This document shows positions 60,145 through 64,000 of a stretch of 64,000 nt of DNA, one piece after another. The stretch comes from Microcoleus sp. Lineage in GTDB: Bacteria; Cyanobacteriota; Cyanobacteriia; Cyanobacteriales; Microcoleaceae. Numbering within the stretch: the first letter of the stretch is position 1; the number at the start of each line of letters is the position of its first letter. The stretch is taken from assembly GCA_042408215.1 (NCBI GenBank), contig JAYFMW010000030.1, positions 448,001 through 512,000 of the forward strand, written 5' to 3'. The notes under the pieces were generated by a model. It was not told where the DNA came from. It saw only the letters and a program-made list of their open reading frames with translations, and did no database searches. The position numbers and the translations under genes are program-made.

Positions 60145-61377
60145 TCATCGCTGCACCAAAAGCACAACTGTCTGCAAACAGCCTACCAAAACACCCAAAA
60201 TCCCACCTAAATTGACAATTCCCTGCAACTCGCTTTTCACAATTCCCTGAATTGCTAACTCCAAGTCTTCAGGAGAAGTACCTTTAACTCGATCGACAAT
60301 TACCTGGTCGATATTTAAAATCGGGATCGCCTGAGCCACAATATTTTCTAAATCCCGCTCCAGATAGCGCTCTAAAACCAAAGCCAGTTCTTTGCTGATC
60401 ATTCCCAGGGAAGTATTCATCACTGCTGAAGTCTGCAATCGATTCAGAATTAACTTGGAAATATTTTCCCAGTCAATAGACTTGCTCAATCCCTGAAGTA
60501 GATCTGTACCCCGTTCTTGAACATAGCTGCGAACGCTGTCGCGCATAGTTTTTCGCAACTGTCGCACTGTCGAAACTGGTAAGTTTTGCATCGACAAATT
60601 TTGCAGCCACTCCTGAATCCGCCCGCGAATTCCCAAAGCAATAGTTAATTCTGCTAACCGCTGATTTGTCGCCTCTTTGTCATCCAGACAAAAAGTCCGC
60701 AGGCGAGTTAAAGTGTTCCGCAAACCAAACAAATTGGCGACTACCCAATAAGTGCCGCTGGTTTTTTCTCGAAACCCTTCATCGATGATCGAAATATTGC
60801 GATCGGTCAAAAAGTCAATCAAAGTCTGCCGCAGCACTTCCGGCGGTATTACTACCTGCAATAACCAATCAGCCAACTGACCCGCCTGAGCTTCAGTGAG
60901 TTGAATTTCCAGCAAAACTTGGTCAAAAATTTGATTGAGCTGAGCTTCTAAAAAATATTCCCGGCGCGCAAAAACCTTGAGAATTCTTGGCACTGATTCC
61001 CCCAGTAAATCTCGCAGAATGTTAGCGAGAATTTTAGCAGTTTTTTGCTCTGCGTCTGCTTTAACTTGATCTAATGCTAACTGTAATAACCAGAGAATCA
61101 CCGACTGCATTCGCTCTGTTTGCAGCAGGCGGCGGGCTAAATTTTGTAACTCCTCTGGCGTCAGCAGCGAACCCATAATTGTGTCAGAAATTCGCAGGGC
61201 TAAGCGCTCTTGATTGCGGGGTATCAAGCCGGGAGTGAATGGCAATTGCCGGCCTTTGAAATAAATAGCTCGATAGGGGCGGAATAACATTTTGATGGCT
61301 ATATCATTAGTGAAATAGCCAATAATTCCTCCCACTACAGGTGGGGCAAAAAACAGCCAAATATCAGACTGGTTCAT
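60145..61377 (-). CDS. DUF445 family membrane protein
   Basis: [38 protein letters not shown]; the ORF-track extension is repeat-derived. Confidence 0.92.
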   Translation of the reverse strand: MNQSDIWLFFAPPVVGGIIGYFTNDIAIKMLFRPYRAIYFKGRQLPFTPGLIPRNQERLALRISDTIMGSLLTPEELQNLARRLLQTERMQSVILWLLQLALDQVKADAEQKTAKILANILRDLLGESVPRILKVFARREYFLEAQLNQIFDQVLLEIQLTEAQAGQLADWLLQVVIPPEVLRQTLIDFLTDRNISIIDEGFREKTSGTYWVVANLFGLRNTLTRLRTFCLDDKEATNQRLAELTIALGIRGRIQEWLQNLSMQNLPVSTVRQLRKTMRDSVRSYVQERGTDLLQGLSKSIDWENISKLILNRLQTSAVMNTSLGMISKELALVLERYLERDLENIVAQAIPILNIDQVIVDRVKGTSPEDLELAIQGIVKSELQGIVNLGGILGVLVGCLQTVVLLVQR

Positions 61378-61382
61378 CAATA

Positions 61383-61630
61383 ATTGGGAATTGGGAATTG
61401 GGAATTGGGAATTGGGAATTGGGAATTGGGCATTGGGAATTGGGCATTGGGCATTGGGCATTGGGAATTGGGCATTGGGCATTGGGAATTGGGCATTGGG
61501 CATTGGGCATTGCAAGCAATAACAACTAACCAATAACAACTAACTAATGACTAATGACTAATGACTAATGACTAATGACTAATGACTAATGACTACTGAC
61601 TACTGACTACTGACTACTGACTAATGACCA
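61383..61630. repeat. STRR arrays (TTGGGAA/TTGGGCA, TGACTAA/TGACTAC)
   Basis: Direct reading. Confidence 0.95.
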
Positions 61631-62315
61631 ATACTCCCATCATAGCTCCAGCAATAGGATAGTGTGTGGCTGTGGTAAATCCGGCTTGGTGGGCGATCGC
61701 GACTTGTTCCGGGCCGATCGGGAATTTTTCTAAACTAGGATTGATATAGGCATATTCTTGAGTCATGCCAAATTGCTGAGCGATCGGCACTACGAGAGTT
61801 TCCAGATACAACTGCTGAAAACTGCGCATCAGGGAATTACTGGGGCGGTGGAGGTCGAGAATAGCTGCTTTTGCACCGGGTTTGAGCACGCGGTGCAATT
61901 CCTGAAGACTGCGGGGGATGTCAGTCACGTTACGGAGGCCGTAGCCCATTGTCGCGCAGTCGAAGTAGTTGTCGGGAAAAGGCAAGTCTAGGGAGTCAGC
62001 TTCTACCCAGGAAATGGGACTTGAGGGGGTGAGAAAAGGTCGATCGCGACGGGCTGCAACGGCCAATTGTGCGACGGAAAAATCTACTCCAAATACAGAA
62101 CCGGTAGGGCCTGCTTGCTGTGCTAAAAGTAGAGCTAGATCCCCGCTACCACAACACAAGTCTAAACAAGTATTACCGGGGCCTGCATTGCTCCACTTCA
62201 GGGCCATTTGCTTCCAAATCCGGTGTTGCCCCAAGCTCAACCAGTCGTTCATTTGGTTGTAAACTGGTGCAATTCGATTAAATATAGTTTTAATTTGTTC
62301 TGGGTTATTAGTCAT
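61614..62315 (-). CDS. menG: UbiE/MenG quinone methyltransferase
   Basis: FNRIAPVY, LDLCCGSGD, GYGLRNV, RVLKPG. Confidence 0.88.
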   Translation of the reverse strand: MTNNPEQIKTIFNRIAPVYNQMNDWLSLGQHRIWKQMALKWSNAGPGNTCLDLCCGSGDLALLLAQQAGPTGSVFGVDFSVAQLAVAARRDRPFLTPSSPISWVEADSLDLPFPDNYFDCATMGYGLRNVTDIPRSLQELHRVLKPGAKAAILDLHRPSNSLMRSFQQLYLETLVVPIAQQFGMTQEYAYINPSLEKFPIGPEQVAIAHQAGFTTATHYPIAGAMMGVLVISQ

Positions 62316-62647
62316 TGGTTATTAGTCATTAGTTAGTAGTCATTAGTCATGAGTCATTGGTCATTAGTCATTGGTCATTAGTCATTTGTATTGGCGATCG
62401 GTCATGAATCCGGAGAAATAAATAATTAATCCGCTCATTGGTGTCGTACTGTCGCTAGTGATTAAGGTATTGTTATCTGTTAGCGATCGGTTATCTTTTC
62501 TCTTGAATCATTGGTCAGCTCTCATTTTCACATCAAGACTGACAGCCCACTAATAACTAATGACCAATGACTAATGACTAATAACTAATAACTAATGACT
62601 AATAACTAATAACTAATGACTAATGACTAATGACTAATGACTAATAA

Positions 62648-63592
62648 CTACTGACCCTGCAAACTCGTCAGTACCAAAGCAACTTGTTGAGCCGCGAGGT
62701 GAAGGGTTGTGATTTCATCTGGGCGGAGAGAACAGGGCTGCTTCCACTGGAGAGACATCAGGGCGATCGATCGACCTCCGTGAACCACCGGGATGCTCAG
62801 ATGGGATTGAATGCCGGATTTTTGATAGTGTGGCAGGCTCGCTAAGGCTGTGTCGGTGGCAATGTTCACAGCACCCTGAATCGTTCCAGAGGCGATCGCC
62901 TTTTGAGCCAGGGGGTCATCGGCCAGCCAATTTTCCACAGTTTGGCCGCTGGTGTGAATGCCTTGTGCTGGCATTAAAACATTCCCTTCCACCAGTTGCA
63001 AAATGCAAGCATCGGCCAAAAAATTGTCGCTAATAGCAGTAGCAATTGGCTCTAAAGTTGCCTCCAAACTCGGAAATTCCATAGCCGTTTGCATGATAGT
63101 TGCTAACAGTTGTATTTGATTTTGGGCGCGATGCAACTCCTCAGTCCGCTGCTTGAGAACTTCATAAGTCTCCGCAGCCTTTTGCACCACCATTTTTAAT
63201 TCGTTCGGGTCCCAAGGCTTAGTGATATACTTGTAAACCTGTCCAGAGTTAATCGCATCCACCAAGTCTTCAATATCCGTAAAACCAGTCAAGATAATTC
63301 TGACCGTATTCGGAAACTGAGGCACTGTTTTGCTAAGAAACTCGGTTCCCTTCATTTCTGGCATCCGCTGATCGGAAATGATGACAGCAACTTCGCCCTC
63401 AAGGCCCAAGACTTCCAGGGCGCGAATCCCGCTCTCAGCTTTGAGCACGTTAAAATCTCGTCGGAAAGTGCGGTAGAGTAAATCCAGATTGTCTGGTTCG
63501 TCGTCTACTACCAGCATTTTGGGCTTTTTCGGTCGGTGTAGGGTCATGAGCTGGCGTTTAATTTGATCTAGCTCTGGAATGGCATTATCCAT
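62648..63592 (-). CDS. Response regulator with C-terminal GAF-like domain
   Basis: VVDDEPD, ISDQRMP, LTG, KPW. Confidence 0.9.
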   Translation of the reverse strand: MDNAIPELDQIKRQLMTLHRPKKPKMLVVDDEPDNLDLLYRTFRRDFNVLKAESGIRALEVLGLEGEVAVIISDQRMPEMKGTEFLSKTVPQFPNTVRIILTGFTDIEDLVDAINSGQVYKYITKPWDPNELKMVVQKAAETYEVLKQRTEELHRAQNQIQLLATIMQTAMEFPSLEATLEPIATAISDNFLADACILQLVEGNVLMPAQGIHTSGQTVENWLADDPLAQKAIASGTIQGAVNIATDTALASLPHYQKSGIQSHLSIPVVHGGRSIALMSLQWKQPCSLRPDEITTLHLAAQQVALVLTSLQGQ

Positions 63593-63743
63593 AACAATAC
63601 GATAAACTCCCCAAATTCAGGCGAGGGATTATTCTGCAACAATAGTCTGATCGTTCACATAGTATCAATCAATAGCTCTGCCGCGACATGAGCCTTGCTG
63701 GTATCTAATCAAACATAACTTAGCGCTGGTTTTTGACACAATT

Positions 63744-64000
63744 ATGACTGACACACCGCAAGATTTCTCGCCCCCCGCATCTCAAGCCTCTATTAATGCT
63801 GTGGATGTCGAAACATTAGTCCGATCGCTCCGCCGCAAAGAAGGCAGTTGGGTAGAATGGGGACAAGCATGCACGGAATTGCAAAAAGCTGGCTACAACT
63901 CTCAGAGGATTTTTGAGGAAACTGGTTTTGAGCCAATTCAGCAAAATCAAGTTGGCGTCGCAGCCCAAGTGTACACCAGCATGGTAAACGCTGGAACTTC
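63744..64000 (+). CDS. raf1: RuBisCO accumulation factor 1 (5-prime part, runs off the window)
   Basis: Manual translation LRRKEGSWVEWGQAC..LQKAGY...IFEETGFEPIQQNQV.VAAQVY. Confidence 0.88.
   Translation, partial: MTDTPQDFSPPASQASINAVDVETLVRSLRRKEGSWVEWGQACTELQKAGYNSQRIFEETGFEPIQQNQVGVAAQVYTSMVNAGT

Overview
64 kb of a filamentous cyanobacterial chromosome (Oscillatoriales, Microcoleus/Tychonema-like; inferred from gene content, abundant HIP1 GCGATCGC sites and heptamer STRR arrays). The core genes are chlL, chlB, yqeK-rsfS, two tandem tRNA-fMet, rph, adk, rimP-nusA-ylxR-infB, menG and the start of raf1, plus several large signalling kinases, two of them frameshifted. The intergenic DNA is crowded with small mobile elements. 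The main result is a set of OMEGA-type (IS200/IS605/IS607) loci. Two are TnpA-less TnpB elements: one sits in a multicopy repeat and its predicted guide has a TAM+seed match elsewhere in the window, the other sits in the rimP leader. Two are protein-free TnpB omega-RNA cassettes, one with its own sigma70 promoter. One is a protein-free IscB/HEARO omega-RNA inserted exactly between the ribosome-binding site and the ATG of chlB. A second candidate system is a recurring layout of an HTH regulator, helically phased direct repeats and a divergent secreted product; the clearest case is an HTH-NB-ARC-TPR gene opposite a 62-aa peptide ending in a Cys-x9-Cys loop, possibly a peptide-signalling module. 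Also present: nested MITEs with readable TSDs, SDR5-like 21-mers in HIP1-like sites, an orphan C5 methyltransferase, one intact and one decayed toxin-antitoxin pair, and two glycosyltransferase pseudogenes. All family assignments come from motifs recognised by eye; no searches were run.
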